NCBI GenBank assembly: GCA_964247055.1
Contig: OZ176052.1
Coordinates: 1,426,001 to 1,490,000, forward strand
Direction of reading: 5' to 3'
Length of the DNA: 64,000 bases
DNA from: Paragordius varius
Taxonomy: Eukaryota; Animalia; Nematomorpha
The translations under genes were made by a program, and so were the position numbers. Positions 15,001-30,450 of the stretch are shown piece after piece; within the stretch, counting starts at the first letter, position 1; every line of letters starts with the position of its first letter. The notes below the pieces were generated by a model, which did not search any database, was not told where the DNA came from, and saw nothing but the letters and a program-made list of their open reading frames with translations.

Positions 15001-18000
15001 ATTCCTAATTAAAAGTATTTTTATAATCTAATTTTTAGATTCTTGGATTGTAAGTTAATATTTTAGGTATTTGGTGGGTGATTGGATTAATGTTCGATAT
15101 TCCTAATTAAAAGTATCTGTATAATGTAATTTTTAGATTCTAGGACAAGTAAGTTAATATTTTAGGTATTTGGTGGCTGATTTGATTAATGTTCGATATT
15201 CCTAATTAAAAGTATATAATAATATAATTTTTAGATTCTTGGACAAGTAAGTTAATATTTTAGGTATTTGGTGGGTGATTGGATTAATGTTCGATATTCC
15301 CAATTAAAAGTATTTTTATAATGTAAACTTTAGATTCTAGGACAAGTAAGTTAATATTTTAGGTATTTGGTGGGTGATTGGATTAATGTTCGATATTCCT
15401 AATTAAAAGTATTTTTATAATGTAATTGTTAGATTCTTGGACAAGTAAGTTAATATTTTAGGTATTTGGTGGGTGATTGGATTAATGTTCGATATTCCTA
15501 ATTAAAAGTATCTGTATAATATAATTTTTAGATTCTTGGACAAGTAAGTTATTATTTTAGGTATTTGGTGGGTGATTGGATTAATGTTCGATATTCCTAA
15601 TTAAAAGTATTTTTATAATGTAATTTTTAGATTCTTGGATTGTAAGTTAATATTTTAGGTATTTGGTGGGTGATTGGATTAATGTTCGATATTCCTAATT
15701 AAAAGTATCTGTATAATGTAATTTTTAGATTCTAGGACAAGTAAGTTAATATTTTAGGTATTTGGTGGGTGATTGGATTAATGTTCGATATTCCTAATTA
15801 AAAGTATTTTTATAATGTATATTTTAGATTCTTGGATTGTAAGTTAATATTTTAGGTATTTGGTGGGTGATTGGATTAATGCTCGATATTCCTAATTAAA
15901 AGTATCTGTATAATGTAATTTTTAGATTCTAGGACAAGTAAGTTAATATTTTAGGTATTTGGTGGCTGATTGGATTAATGTTCGATATTCCTAATTAAAA
16001 GTATCTGTATAATATAATTTTTAGATTCTTGGACAAGTAAGTTCATATTTTAGGTATTTGGTGGGTGATTGGATTAATGTTCGATATTTTTAATTAAAAG
16101 TATTTTTATAATGTAAATTTTAGATTCTTGGATTGTAAGTTAATATTTTAGGTATTTGGTGGGTGATTGGATTAATGTTCGATTAAAAAGTATTTTTATA
16201 ATTTAATTTTTAGATTCTTGGATTGTAAGTTAATATTTTAGGTATTTGGTGGGTGATTGGATTAATGTTCGATATTCCTAATTAAAAGTATCTGTATAAT
16301 GTAATTTTTAGATTCTAGGACAAGTAAGTTAATATTTTAGGTGTTTGGTGTTGATTGGAATAATGTTCGATATTCCTAATTAAAAGTATTTTTATCATGT
16401 TATTTTTAGATTCTTGGACAAGTAAGTTAATATTTTAGGTATTTGGTTGGTGATCAGAATAATGTTCGATATTCCTAATTAAAAGTATTTTTATAATTTG
16501 ATTTATAGATTCTTGGACAAGTAATTATATATTTTAGGTGTTTGGTGGGTGATTCAATTAATGTTCGATATTCCTAATTAAAAGTATTTTTATAATGTAA
16601 TTTTTAGCTTGGACAAGTAAGTTAATATTTTAGGTATTTGGTGGGTGATTAGAATAATGTTCGATATTCCTAATTAAAAGTATTTTTATAATTTGATTTA
16701 TAGATACTTGGACAAGTAAGTTAATATTTTAGATGTTTGGTGGGTGATTGGATTAATGTTCGATATTCCTAATTAAAAGTATTTTTATAATGTAATTTTT
16801 AGATTCTTGGATTGTAAGTTAATATTTTAGGTATTTGGTGGGTGATTGGATTAATGTTCGATATTCCTATTTAAAAGTATTTTTATAATGTAATTTTTTA
16901 GATTCTTGGACAAGTAAGTTAATATTTTAGGTGTTTGGTGGGTGATTGGATTAATGTTCGATATTCCTAATTAAAAGTATTTTTATAATGTAATTTTTAG
17001 ATTCTTGGATTGTAAGTTAATATTTTAGGTATTTGGTGGGTGATTGGATTAATGTTCGATATTCCTAATTAAAAGTATTTTTATAATGTAATTTTTTAGA
17101 TTCTTGGACAAGTAAGTTAATATTTTAGGTGTTTGGTGGGTGATTGGATTAATGTTCGATATTCCTAATTAAAAGTATTTTTATAATCTAATTTTTAGAT
17201 TCTTGGACAAGTAAGTTAATATTTTAGGTATTTGGTGGGTGATTGGATTAATGTTCGATATTCCTAATTAAAAGTATCTGTATAATATAATTTTTAGATT
17301 CTTGGACAAGTAAGTTATTATTTTAGGTATTTGGTGGGTGATTGGATTAATGTTCGATATTTTTAATTAAAAGTATTTTTATAATGTAATTTTTAGATTC
17401 TTGGATTGTAAGTTAATATTTTAGGTATTTGGTGGGTGATTGGATTAATGTTCGATTAAAAAGTATTTTTATAATGTAATTTTTAGATTCTTGGATTGTA
17501 AGTTAATATTTTAGGTATTTGGTGGCTGATTTGATTAATGTTCGATATTCCTAATTAAAAGTATATAATAATATAATTTTTAGATTCTTGGACAAGTAAG
17601 TTAATATTTTAGGTATTTGGTGGGTGATTGGATTAATGTTCGATATTCCTAATTAAAAGTATTTTTATAATGTAAACTTTAGATTCTAGGACAAGTAAGT
17701 TAATATTTTAGGTATTTGGTGGGTGATTGGATTAGTGTTCGATATTCCTAATTAAAAGTATTTTTATAATGTAATTGTTAGATTCTTGGACAAGTAAGTT
17801 AATATTTTAGGTATTTGGTGGGTGATTGGATTAATGTTCGGTATTCCTAATCAAAAGTATCTGTATAATATAATTTTTAGATTCTTGGACAAGTAAGTTA
17901 TTATTTTAGGTATTTGGTGGGTGATTGGATTAATGTTCGATATTCCTAATTAAAAGTATTTTTTGTAATTTTTAGATTCTTGGATTGTAAGTTAATATTT

Positions 18001-21000
18001 TAGGTGTTTGGTGTTGATTGGAATAATGTTCGATATTCCTAATTAAAAGTATTTTTATCATGTTATTTTTAGATTCTTGGACAAGTAAGTTAATATTTTA
18101 GGTGTTTGGTGGGTGATTCAATTAATGTTCGATATTCCTAATTAAAAGTATCTGTATAATGTAATTTTTAGATTCTAGGACAAGTAAGTTAATATTTTAG
18201 GTGTTTGGTGTTGATTAGATTAATGTTCGATATTCGTAATTAAAAGTATTTTTATCATGTTATTTTTAGATACTTGGACAAGTAAGTTAATATTTTAGAT
18301 GTTTGGTGGGTGATTGGATTAATGTTCGATATTCCTAATTAAAAGTATTTTTATAATGTAATTTTTAGATTCTTGGATTGTAAGTTAATATTTTAGGTAT
18401 TTGGTGGGTGATTGGATTAATGTTCGATATTCCTAATTAAAAGTATTTTTATAATGTAATTTTTTAGATTCTTGGACAAGTAAGTTAATATTTTAGGTGT
18501 TTGGTGGGTGATTGGATTAATGTTCGATATTCCTAATTAAAAGTATTTTTATAATCTAATTTTTAGATTCTTGGATTGTAAGTTAATATTTTAGGTATTT
18601 GGTGGGTGATTGGATTAATGTTCGATATTCCTAATTAAAAGTATCTGTATAATGTAATTTTTAGATTCTAGGACAAGTAAGTTAATATTTTAGGTATTTG
18701 GTGGCTGATTTGATTAATGTTCGATATTCCTAATTAAAAGTATATAATAATATAATTTTTAGATTCTTGGACAAGTAAGTTAATATTTTAGGTATTTGGT
18801 GGGTGATTGGATTAATGTTCGATATTCCCAATTAAAAGTATTTTTATAATGTAAACTTTAGATTCTAGGACAAGTAAGTTAATATTTTAGGTATTTGGTG
18901 GGTGATTGGACTAATGTTCGATATTCCTAATTAAAAGTATTTTTATAATGTAATTGTTAGATTCTTGGACAAGTAAGTTAATATTTTAGGTATTTGGTGG
19001 GTGATTGGATTAATGTTCGATATTCCTAATTAAAAGTATCTGTATAATATAATTTTTAGATTCTTGGACAAGTAAGTTATTATTTTAGGTATTTGGTGGG
19101 TGATTGGATTAATGTTCGATATTCCTAATTAAAAGTATTTTTATAATGTAATTTTTAGATTCTTGGATTGTAAGTTAATATTTTAGGTATTTGGTGGGTG
19201 ATTGGATTAATGTTCGATATTCCTAATTAAAAGTATCTGTATAATGTAATTTTTAGATTCTAGGACAAGTAAGTTAATATTTTAGGTATTTGGTGGGTGA
19301 TTGGATTAATGTTCGATATTCCTAATTAAAAGTATTTTTATAATGTATATTTTAGATTCTTGGATTGTAAGTTAATATTTTAGGTATTTGGTGGGTGATT
19401 GGATTAATGTTCGATATTCCTAATTAAAAGTATCTGTATAATGTAATTTTTAGATTCTAGGACAAGTAAGTTAATATTTTAGGTATTTGGTGGCTGATTG
19501 GATTAATGTTCGATATTCCTAATTAAAAGTATCTGTATAATATAATTTTTAGATTCTTGGACAAGTAAGTTCATATTTTAGGTATTTGGTGGGTGATTGG
19601 ATTAATGTTCGATATTTTTAATTAAAAGTATTTTTATAATGTAATTTTTAGATTCTTGGATTGTAAGTTAATATTTTAGGTATTTGGTGGGTGATTGGAT
19701 TAATGTTCGATTAAAAAGTATTTTTATAATTTAATTTTTAGATTCTTGGATTGTAAGTTAATATTTTAGGTATTTGGTGGCTGATTTGATTAATGTTCGA
19801 TATTCCTAATTAAAAGTATATAATAATATAATTTTTAGATTCTTGGACAAGTAAGTTAATATTTTAGGTATTTGGTGGGTGATTGGATTAATGTTCGATA
19901 TTCCTAATTAAAAGTATCTGTATAATATAATTTTTAGATTCTTGGACAAGTAAGTTAATATTTTAGGTATTTGGTGGGTGATTAGATTAATGTTCGATAT
20001 TCCTAATTAAAAGTATTTTTATAATGTAATCTTTAGATTCTAGGACAAGTAAGTTAATATTTTAGGTATTTGGTGGGTGATTGGATTAATGTTCGATATT
20101 CCTAATTAAAAGTATTTCTATAATGTAATTGTTAGATTCTTGGACAAGTAAGTTAATATTTTAGGTATTTAGTGGGTGATTGGATTAATGTTCGGTATTC
20201 CTAATCAAAAGTATCTGTATAATATAATTTTTAAATTCTTGGACAAGTAAGTTATTATTTTAGGTATTTGGTGGGTGATTGGATTAATGTTCGATATTCC
20301 TAATTAAAAGTATTTTTATCATGTTATTTTTAGATTCTTGGACAAGTAAGTTAATATTTTAGGTATTTGGTGGGTGATCAGAATAATGTTCGATATTCCT
20401 AATTAAAAGTATTTTTATAATTTGATTTATAGATTCTTGGACAAGTAATTATATATTTTAGGTGTTTGGTGGGTGATTCAATTAATGTTCGATATTCCTA
20501 ATTAAAAGTATTTTTATAATGTAATTTTTAGATTCTTGGACAAGTAAGTTAATATTTTAGGTATTTGGTGGGTGATTAGAATAATGTTCGATATTCCTAA
20601 TTAAAAGTATTTTTATAATTTGATTTATAGATACTTGGACAAGTAAGTTAATATTTTAGATGTTTGGTGGGTGATTGGATTAATGTTCGATATTCCTAAT
20701 TAAAAGTATTTTTATAATGTAATTTTTAGATTCTTGGATTGTAAGTTAATATTTTAGGTATTTGGTGGGTGATTGGATTAATGTTCGATATTCCTAATTA
20801 AAAGTATTTTTATAATGTAATTTTTTAGATTCTTGGACAAGTAAGTTAATATTTTAGGTGTTTGGTGGGTGATTGGAATAATGTTCGATATTCCTAATTA
20901 AAAGTATTTTTATAATTTGATTTATAGATACTTGGACAAGTAAGTTAATATTTTAGATGTTTGGTGGGTGATTGGATTAATGTTCGATATTCCTAATTAA

Positions 21001-24000
21001 AAGTATTTTTATAATGTAATTTTTAGATTCTTGGACAAGTAAGTTAATATTTTAGGTGTTTGGTGGGTGATTGGATTAATGTTCGATATTCCTAATTAAA
21101 AGTATTTCTATAATGTAATTGTTAGATTCTTGGACAAGTAAGTTAATATTTTAGGTATTTAGTGGGTGATTGGATTAATGTTCGGTATTCCTAATCAAAA
21201 GTATCTGTATAATATAATTTTTAGATTCTTGGACAAGTAAGTTATTATTTTAGGTATTTGGTGGGTGATTGGATTAATGTTCGATATTCCTAATTAAAAG
21301 TATTTTTATCATGTTATTTTTAGATTCTTGGACAAGTAAGTTAATATTTTAGGTATTTGGTGGGTGATCAGAATAATGTTCGATATTCCTAATTAAAAGT
21401 ATTTTTATAATTTGATTTATAGATTCTTGGACAAGTAATTATATATTTTAGGTGTTTGGTGGGTGATTCAATTAATGTTCGATATTCCTAATTAAAAGTA
21501 TTTTTATAATGTAATTTTTAGATTCTTGGACAAGTAAGTTAATATTTTAGGTATTTGGTGGGTGATTAGAATAATGTTCGATATTCCTAATTAAAAGTAT
21601 TTTTATAATTTGATTTATAGATACTTGGACAAGTAAGTTAATATTTTAGATGTTTGGTGGGTGATTGGATTAATGTTCGATATTCCTAATTAAAAGTATT
21701 TTTATAATGTAATTTTTAGATTCTTGGATTGTAAGTTAATATTTTAGGTATTTGGTGGGTGATTGGATTAATGTTCGATATTCCTAATTAAAAGTATCTG
21801 TATAATGTAATTTTTAGATTCTAGGACAAGTAAGTTAATATTTTAGGTATTTGGTGGCTGATTTGATTAATGTTCGATATTCCTAATTAAAAGTATATAA
21901 TAATATAATTTTTAGATTCTTGGACAAGTAAGTTAATATTTTAGGTATTTGGTGGGTGATTGGATTAATGTTCGATATTCCCAATTAAAAGTATTTTTAT
22001 AATGTAAACTTTAGATTCTAGGACAAGTAAGTTAATATTTTAGGTATTTGGTGGGTGATTGGACTAATGTTCGATATTCCTAATTAAAAGTATTTTTATA
22101 ATGTAATTGTTAGATTCTTGGACAAGTAAGTTAATATTTTAGGTATTTGGTGGGTGATTGGATTAATGTTCGATATTCCTAATTAAAAGTATTTTTATAA
22201 TGTAATTTTTTAGATTCTTGGACAAGTAAGTTAATATTTTAGGTGTTTGGTGGGTGATTGGATTAATGTTCGATATTCCTAATTAAAAGTATTTTTATAA
22301 TCTAATTTTTAGATTCTTGGATTGTAAGTTAATATTTTAGGTATTTGGTGGGTGATTGGATTAATGTTCGATATTCCTAATTAAAAGTATCTGTATAATG
22401 TAATTTTTAGATTCTAGGACAAGTAAGTTAATATTTTAGGTATTTGGTGGCTGATTTGATTAATGTTCGATATTCCTAATTAAAAGTATATAATAATATA
22501 ATTTTTAGATTCTTGGACAAGTAAGTTAATATTTTAGGTATTTGGTGGGTGATTGGATTAATGTTCGATATTCCCAATTAAAAGTATTTTTATAATGTAA
22601 ACTTTAGATTCTAGGACAAGTAAGTTAATATTTTAGGTATTTGGTGGGTGATTGGACTAATGTTCGATATTCCTAATTAAAAGTATTTTTATAATGTAAT
22701 TGTTAGATTCTTGGACAAGTAAGTTAATATTTTAGGTATTTGGTGGGTGATTGGATTAATGTTCGATATTCCTAATTAAAAGTATCTGTATAATATAATT
22801 TTTAGATTCTTGGACAAGTAAGTTATTATTTTAGGTATTTGGTGGGTGATTGGATTAATGTTCGATATTCCTAATTAAAAGTATTTTTATAATGTAATTT
22901 TTAGATTCTTGGATTGTAAGTTAATATTTTAGGTATTTGGTGGGTGATTGGATTAATGTTCGATATTCCTAATTAAAAGTATCTGTATAATGTAATTTTT
23001 AGATTCTAGGACAAGTAAGTTAATATTTTAGGTATTTGGTGGGTGATTGGATTAATGTTCGATATTCCTAATTAAAAGTATTTTTATAATGTATATTTTA
23101 GATTCTTGGATTGTAAGTTAATATTTTAGGTATTTGGTGGGTGATTGGATTAATGTTCGATATTCCTAATTAAAAGTATCTGTATAATGTAATTTTTAGA
23201 TTCTAGGACAAGTAAGTTAATATTTTAGGTATTTGGTGGCTGATTGGGTTAATGTTCGATATTCCTAATTAAAAGTATCTGTATAATATAATTTTTAGAT
23301 TCTTGGACAAGTAAGTTCATATTTTAGGTATTTGGTGGGTGATTGGATTAATGTTCGATATTTTTAATTAAAAGTATTTTTATAATGTAATTTTTAGATT
23401 CTTGGATTGTAAGTTAATATTTTAGGTATTTGGTGGGTGATTGGATTAATGTTCGATTAAAAAGTATTTTTATAATTTAATTTTTAGATTCTTGGATTGT
23501 AAGTTAATATTTTAGGTATTTGGTGGCTGATTTGATTAATGTTCGATATTCCTAATTAAAAGTATATAATAATATAATTTTTAGATTCTTGGACAAGTAA
23601 GTTAATATTTTAGGTATTTGGTGGGTGATTGGATTAATGTTCGATATTCCTAATTAAAAGTATCTGTATAATATAATTTTTAGATTCTTGGACAAGTAAG
23701 TTAATATTTTAGGTATTTGGTGGGTGATTAGATTAATGTTCGATATTCCTAATTAAAAGTATTTTTATAATGTAATCTTTAGATTCTAGGACAAGTAAGT
23801 TAATATTTTAGGTATTTGGTGGGTGATTGGATTAATGTTCGATATTCCTAATTAAAAGTATTTCTATAATGTAATTGTTAGATTCTTGGACAAGTAAGTT
23901 AATATTTTAGGTATTTAGTGGGTGATTGGATTAATGTTCGGTATTCCTAATCAAAAGTATCTGTATAATATAATTTTTAAATTCTTGGACAAGTAAGTTA

Positions 24001-27000
24001 TTATTTTAGGTATTTGGTGGGTGATTGGATTAATGTTCGATATTCCTAATTAAAAGTATTTTTATCATGTTATTTTTAGATTCTTGGACAAGTAAGTTAA
24101 TATTTTAGGTATTTGGTGGGTGATCAGAATAATGTTCGATATTCCTAATTAAAAGTATTTTTATAATTTGATTTATAGATTCTTGGACAAGTAATTATAT
24201 ATTTTAGGTGTTTGGTGGGTGATTCAATTAATGTTCGATATTCCTAATTAAAAGTATTTTTATAATGTAATTTTTAGATTCTTGGACAAGTAAGTTAATA
24301 TTTTAGGTATTTGGTGGGTGATTAGAATAATGTTCGATATTCCTAATTAAAAGTATTTTTATAATTTGATTTATAGATACTTGGACAAGTAAGTTAATAT
24401 TTTAGATGTTTGGTGGGTGATTGGATTAATGTTCGATATTCCTAATTAAAAGTATTTTTATAATGTAATTTTTAGATTCTTGGATTGTAAGTTAATATTT
24501 TAGGTATTTGGTGGGTGATTGGATTAATGTTCGATATTCCTAATTAAAAGTATTTTTATAATGTAATTTTTTAGATTCTTGGACAAGTAAGTTAATATTT
24601 TAGGTGTTTGGTGGGTGATTGGAATAATGTTCGATATTCCTAATTAAAAGTATTTTTATAATTTGATTTATAGATACTTGGACAAGTAAGTTAATATTTT
24701 AGATGTTTGGTGGGTGATTGGATTAATGTTCGATATTCCTAATTAAAAGTATTTTTATAATGTAATTTTTAGATTCTTGGACAAGTAAGTTAATATTTTA
24801 GGTGTTTGGTGGGTGATTGGATTAATGTTCGATATTCCTAATTAAAAGTATTTCTATAATGTAATTGTTAGATTCTTGGACAAGTAAGTTAATATTTTAG
24901 GTATTTAGTGGGTGATTGGATTAATGTTCGGTATTCCTAATCAAAAGTATCTGTATAATATAATTTTTAGATTCTTGGACAAGTAAGTTATTATTTTAGG
25001 TATTTGGTGGGTGATTGGATTAATGTTCGATATTCCTAATTAAAAGTATTTTTATCATGTTATTTTTAGATTCTTGGACAAGTAAGTTAATATTTTAGGT
25101 ATTTGGTGGGTGATCAGAATAATGTTCGATATTCCTAATTAAAAGTATTTTTATAATTTGATTTATAGATTCTTGGACAAGTAATTATATATTTTAGGTG
25201 TTTGGTGGGTGATTCAATTAATGTTCGATATTCCTAATTAAAAGTATTTTTATAATGTAATTTTTAGATTCTTGGACAAGTAAGTTAATATTTTAGGTAT
25301 TTGGTGGGTGATTAGAATAATGTTCGATATTCCTAATTAAAAGTATTTTTATAATTTGATTTATAGATACTTGGACAAGTAAGTTAATATTTTAGATGTT
25401 TGGTGGGTGATTGGATTAATGTTCGATATTCCTAATTAAAAGTATTTTTATAATGTAATTTTTAGATTCTTGGATTGTAAGTTAATATTTTAGGTATTTG
25501 GTGGGTGATTGGATTAATGTTCGATATTCCTAATTAAAAGTATTTTTATAATGTAATTTTTTAGATTCTTGGACAAGTAAGTTAATATTTTAGGTGTTTG
25601 GTGGGTGATTGGAATAATGTTCGATATTCCTAATTAAAAGTATTTTTATAATTTGATTTATAGATACTTGGACAAGTAAGTTAATATTTTAGATGTTTGG
25701 TGGGTGATTGGATTAATGTTCGATATTCCTAATTAAAAGTATTTTTATAATGTAATTTTTAGATTCTTGGACAAGTAAGTTAATATTTTAGGTGTTTGGT
25801 GGGTGATTGGATTAATGTTCGATATTCCTAATTAAAAGTATTTCTATAATGTAATTGTTAGATTCTTGGACAAGTAAGTTAATATTTTAGGTATTTAGTG
25901 GGTGATTGGATTAATGTTCGGTATTCCTAATCAAAAGTATCTGTATAATATAATTTTTAGATTCTTGGACAAGTAAGTTATTATTTTAGGTATTTGGTGG
26001 GTGATTGGATTAATGTTCGATATTCCTAATTAAAAGTATTTTTATCATGTTATTTTTAGATTCTTGGACAAGTAAGTTAATATTTTAGGTATTTGGTGGG
26101 TGATCAGAATAATGTTCGATATTCCTAATTAAAAGTATTTTTATAATTTGATTTATAGATTCTTGGACAAGTAATTATATATTTTAGGTGTTTGGTGGGT
26201 GATTCAATTAATGTTCGATATTCCTAATTAAAAGTATTTTTATAATGTAATTTTTAGATTCTTGGACAAGTAAGTTAATATTTTAGGTATTTGGTGGGTG
26301 ATTAGAATAATGTTCGATATTCCTAATTAAAAGTATTTTTATAATTTGATTTATAGATACTTGGACAAGTAAGTTAATATTTTAGATGTTTGGTGGGTGA
26401 TTGGATTAATGTTCGATATTCCTAATTAAAAGTATTTTTATAATGTAATTTTTAGATTCTTGGATTGTAAGTTAATATTTTAGGTATTTGGTGGGTGATT
26501 GGATTAATGTTCGATATTCCTAATTAAAAGTATTTTTATAATGTAATTTTTTAGATTCTTGGACAAGTAAGTTAATATTTTAGGTGTTTGGTGGGTGATT
26601 GGATTAATGTTCGATATTCCTAATTAAAAGTATTTTTATAATCTAATTTTTAGATTCTTGGACAAGTAAGTTAATATTTTAGGTGTTTGGTGGGTGATTG
26701 GAATAATGTTCGATATTCCTAATTAAAAGTATTTTTATAATTTGATTTATAGATACTTGGACAAGTAAGTTAATATTTTAGATGTTTGGTGGGTGATTGG
26801 ATTAATGTTCGATATTCCTAATTAAAAGTATTTTTATAATGTAATTTTTAGATTCTTGGACAAGTAAGTTAATATTTTAGGTGTTTGGTGGGTGATTGGA
26901 TTAATGTTCGATATTCCTAATTAAAAGTATTTTTATAATATAATTTATAGATTCTTGGACAAGTAAGTTAATATTTTAGGTGTTTGGTGGGTGATTGGAA

Positions 27001-30000
27001 TAATGTTCGATATTCCTAATTAAAAGTATTTTTATAATGTAATTTTTAGATTCTTGGATTGTAAGTTAATATTTTAGGTATTTGGTGGGTGATTGGATTA
27101 ATGTTCGATATTCCTAATTAAAAGTATCTGTATAATGTAATTTTTAGATTCTAGGACAAGTAAGTTAATATTTTAGGTGTTTGGTGTTGATTGGAATAAT
27201 GTTCGATATTCCTAATTAAAAGTATTTTTATAATATAATTTATAGATTCTTGGACAAGTAAGTTAATATTTTAGGTGTTTGGTGGGTGATTGGAATAATG
27301 GTCGATATTCCTAATTAAAAGTATTTTTATAATATAATTTATAGATTCTTGGACAAGTAAGTTATTATTTTAGGTGTTTGGTAGGTGATTGGATTAATGT
27401 TCGATATTCCTAATTAAAAGTATTTTTATAATGTAATTTTTAGATTCTTGGACAAGTAAGTTAATATTTTAGGTGTTTGGTGGGTGATTGGATTAATGTT
27501 CGATATTCCTAATTAAAAGTATTTTTATAATATAATTTATAGATTCTTGGACAAGTAAGTTAAAATTTTAGGTGTTTGGTGGGTGATTGGATTAATGTTC
27601 GATATTCCTAATTAAAAGTATTTTTATAATATAATTTATAGATTCTTGGACAAGTAAGTTAATATTTTAAGTGTTTGGTGGGTGATTGGAATAATGTTCG
27701 ATATTCCTAATTAAAAGTATTTTTATAATTTGATTTATAGATACTTGGACAAGTAAGTTAATATTTTAGATGTTTGGTGGGTGATTGGATTAATGTTCGA
27801 TATTCCTAATTAAAAGTATTTTTATAAAGTAAGTTAATATTTTAGATGTTTGGTGGGTGATTGGATTAATGTTCGATATTCCTAATTAAAAGTATTTTTA
27901 TAATGTAATTTTTAGATTCTTGGACAAGTAAGTTAATATTTTAGGTGTTTGGTGGGTGATTGGATTAATGTTCGATATTCCTAATTAAAAGTATTTTTAT
28001 AATATAATTTATAGATTCTTGGACAAGTAAGTTAATATTTTAGGTGTTTGGTGGGTGATTGGAATAATGTTCGATATTCCTAATTAAAAGTATTTTTATA
28101 ATGTAATTTTTAGATTCTTGGATTGTAAGTTAATATTTTAGGTATTTGGTGGGTGATTGGATTAATGTTCGATATTCCTAATTAAAAGTATCTGTATAAT
28201 GTAATTTTTAGATTCTAGGACAAGTAAGTTAATATTTTAGGTGTTTGGTGTTGATTGGAATAATGTTCGATATTCCTAATTAAAAGTATTTTTATAATAT
28301 AATTTATAGATTCTTGGACAAGTAAGTTAATATTTTAGGTGTTTGGTGGGTGATTGGAATAATGTTCGATATTCCTAATTAAAAGTATTTTTATAATGTA
28401 ATTTTTAGATTCTTGGATTGTAAGTTAATATTTTAGGTATTTGGTGGGTGATTGGATTAATGTTCGATATTCCTAATTAAAAGTATCTGTATAATGTAAT
28501 TTTTAGATTCTAGGACAAGTAAGTTAATATTTTAGGTGTTTGGTGGGTGATTGGAATAATGTTCGATATTCCTAATTAAAAGTATTTTTATAATGTAATT
28601 TTTAGATTCTTGGACAAGTAAGTTAATATTTTAGGTGTTTGGTGGGTGATTGGATTAATGTTCGATATTCCTAATTAAAAGTATTTTTATAATATAATTT
28701 ATAGATTCTTGGACAAGTAAGTTAATATTTTAGGTGTTTGGTGGGTGATTGGAATAATGTTCGATATTCCTAATTAAAAGTATTTTTATAATGTAATTTT
28801 TAGATTCTTGGATTGTAAGTTAATATTTTAGGTATTTGGTGGGTGATTGGATTAATGTTCGATATTCCTAATTAAAAGTATCTGTATAATGTAATTTTTA
28901 GATTCTAGGACAAGTAAGTTAATATTTTAGGTGTTTGGTGGGTGATTGGAATAATGTTCGATATTCCTAATTAAAAGTATTTTTATAATGTAATTTTTAG
29001 ATTCTTGGACAAGTAAGTTAATATTTTAGGTGTTTGGTGGGTGATTGGATTAATGTTCGATATTCCTAATTAAAAGTATTTTTATAATATAATTTATAGA
29101 TTCTTGGACAAGTAAGTTAAAATTTTAGGTGTTTGGTGGGTGATTGGATTAATGTTCGATATTCCTAATTAAAAGTATTTTTATAATATAATTTATAGAT
29201 TCTTGGACAAGTAAGTTAATATTTTAAGTGTTTGGTGGGTGATTGGAATAATGTTCGATATTCCTAATTAAAAGTATTTTTATAATTTGATTTATAGATA
29301 CTTGGACAAGTAAGTTAATATTTTAGATGTTTGGTGGGTGATTGGATTAATGTTCGATATTCCTAATTAAAAGTATTTTTATAAAGTAAGTTAATATTTT
29401 AGATGTTTGGTGGGTGATTGGATTAATGTTCGATATTCCTAATTAAAAGTATTTTTATAATGTAATTTTTAGATTCTTGGACAAGTAAGTTAATATTTTA
29501 GGTGTTTGGTGGGTGATTGGATTAATGTTCGATATTCCTAATTAAAAGTATTTTTATAATATAATTTATAGATTCTTGGACAAGTAAGTTAATATTTTAG
29601 GTGTTTGGTGGGTGATTGGAATAATGTTCGATATTCCTAATTAAAAGTATTTTTATAATGTAATTTTTAGATTCTTGGATTGTAAGTTAATATTTTAGGT
29701 ATTTGGTGGGTGATTGGATTAATGTTCGATATTCCTAATTAAAAGTATCTGTATAATGTAATTTTTAGATTCTAGGACAAGTAAGTTAATATTTTAGGTG
29801 TTTGGTGTTGATTGGAATAATGTTCGATATTCCTAATTAAAAGTATTTTTATAATATAATTTATAGATTCTTGGACAAGTAAGTTAATATTTTAGGTGTT
29901 TGGTGGGTGATTGGAATAATGTTCGATATTCCTAATTAAAAGTATTTTTATAATATAATTTATAGATTCTTGGACAAGTAAGTTATTATTTTAGGTGTTT

Positions 30001-30450
30001 GGTAGGTGATTGGATTAATGTTCGATATTCCTAATTAAAAGTATTTTTATAATGTAATTTTTAGATTCTTGGACAAGTAAGTTAATATTTTAGGTGTTTG
30101 GTGGGTGATTGGATTAATGTTCGATATTCCTAATTAAAAGTATTTTTATAATATAATTTATAGATTCTTGGACAAGTAAGTTAAAATTTTAGGTGTTTGG
30201 TGGGTGATTGGATTAATGTTCGATATTCCTAATTAAAAGTATTTTTATAATATAATTTATAGATTCTTGGACAAGTAAGTTAATATTTTAAGTGTTTGGT
30301 GGGTGATTGGAATAATGTTCGATATTCCTAATTAAAAGTATTTTTATAATTTGATTTATAGATACTTGGACAAGTAAGTTAATATTTTAGATGTTTGGTG
30401 GGTGATTGGATTAATGTTCGATATTCCTAATTAAAAGTATTTTTATAAAG
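1..30450. repeat. Left satellite subfamily domain (A), with a transition zone at ~26,600-30,450
   Basis: Diagnostic variants GGATTGTAAG start, GGTATTT, GGCTGATTTG, TCTGTATA, AAACTTT, TTGTTAGA, CTAGG. Last GGATTG start is at ~29,677 and last TCTGTATA at ~29,748. GGTGTTT appears from ~6,200 and dominates after ~26,600. Confidence 0.85.
23800..26610. repeat. 990-bp (10-monomer) higher-order repeat, ~2.8 tandem copies
   Basis: Marker GTAATTATATA at 24,191/25,181/26,171 and marker TTTCTATAAT at 23,861/24,851/25,841, each exactly 990 apart. The same 10-mer occurs at 20,445/21,435. Confidence 0.9.

Noticed and set aside
1-30450. Bacterial promoter array (TATAAT in most left-domain monomers)
   Set aside because: No -35 hexamer at 16-18 bp spacing, TATAAT is expected in AT-rich DNA, and the context is not prokaryotic.
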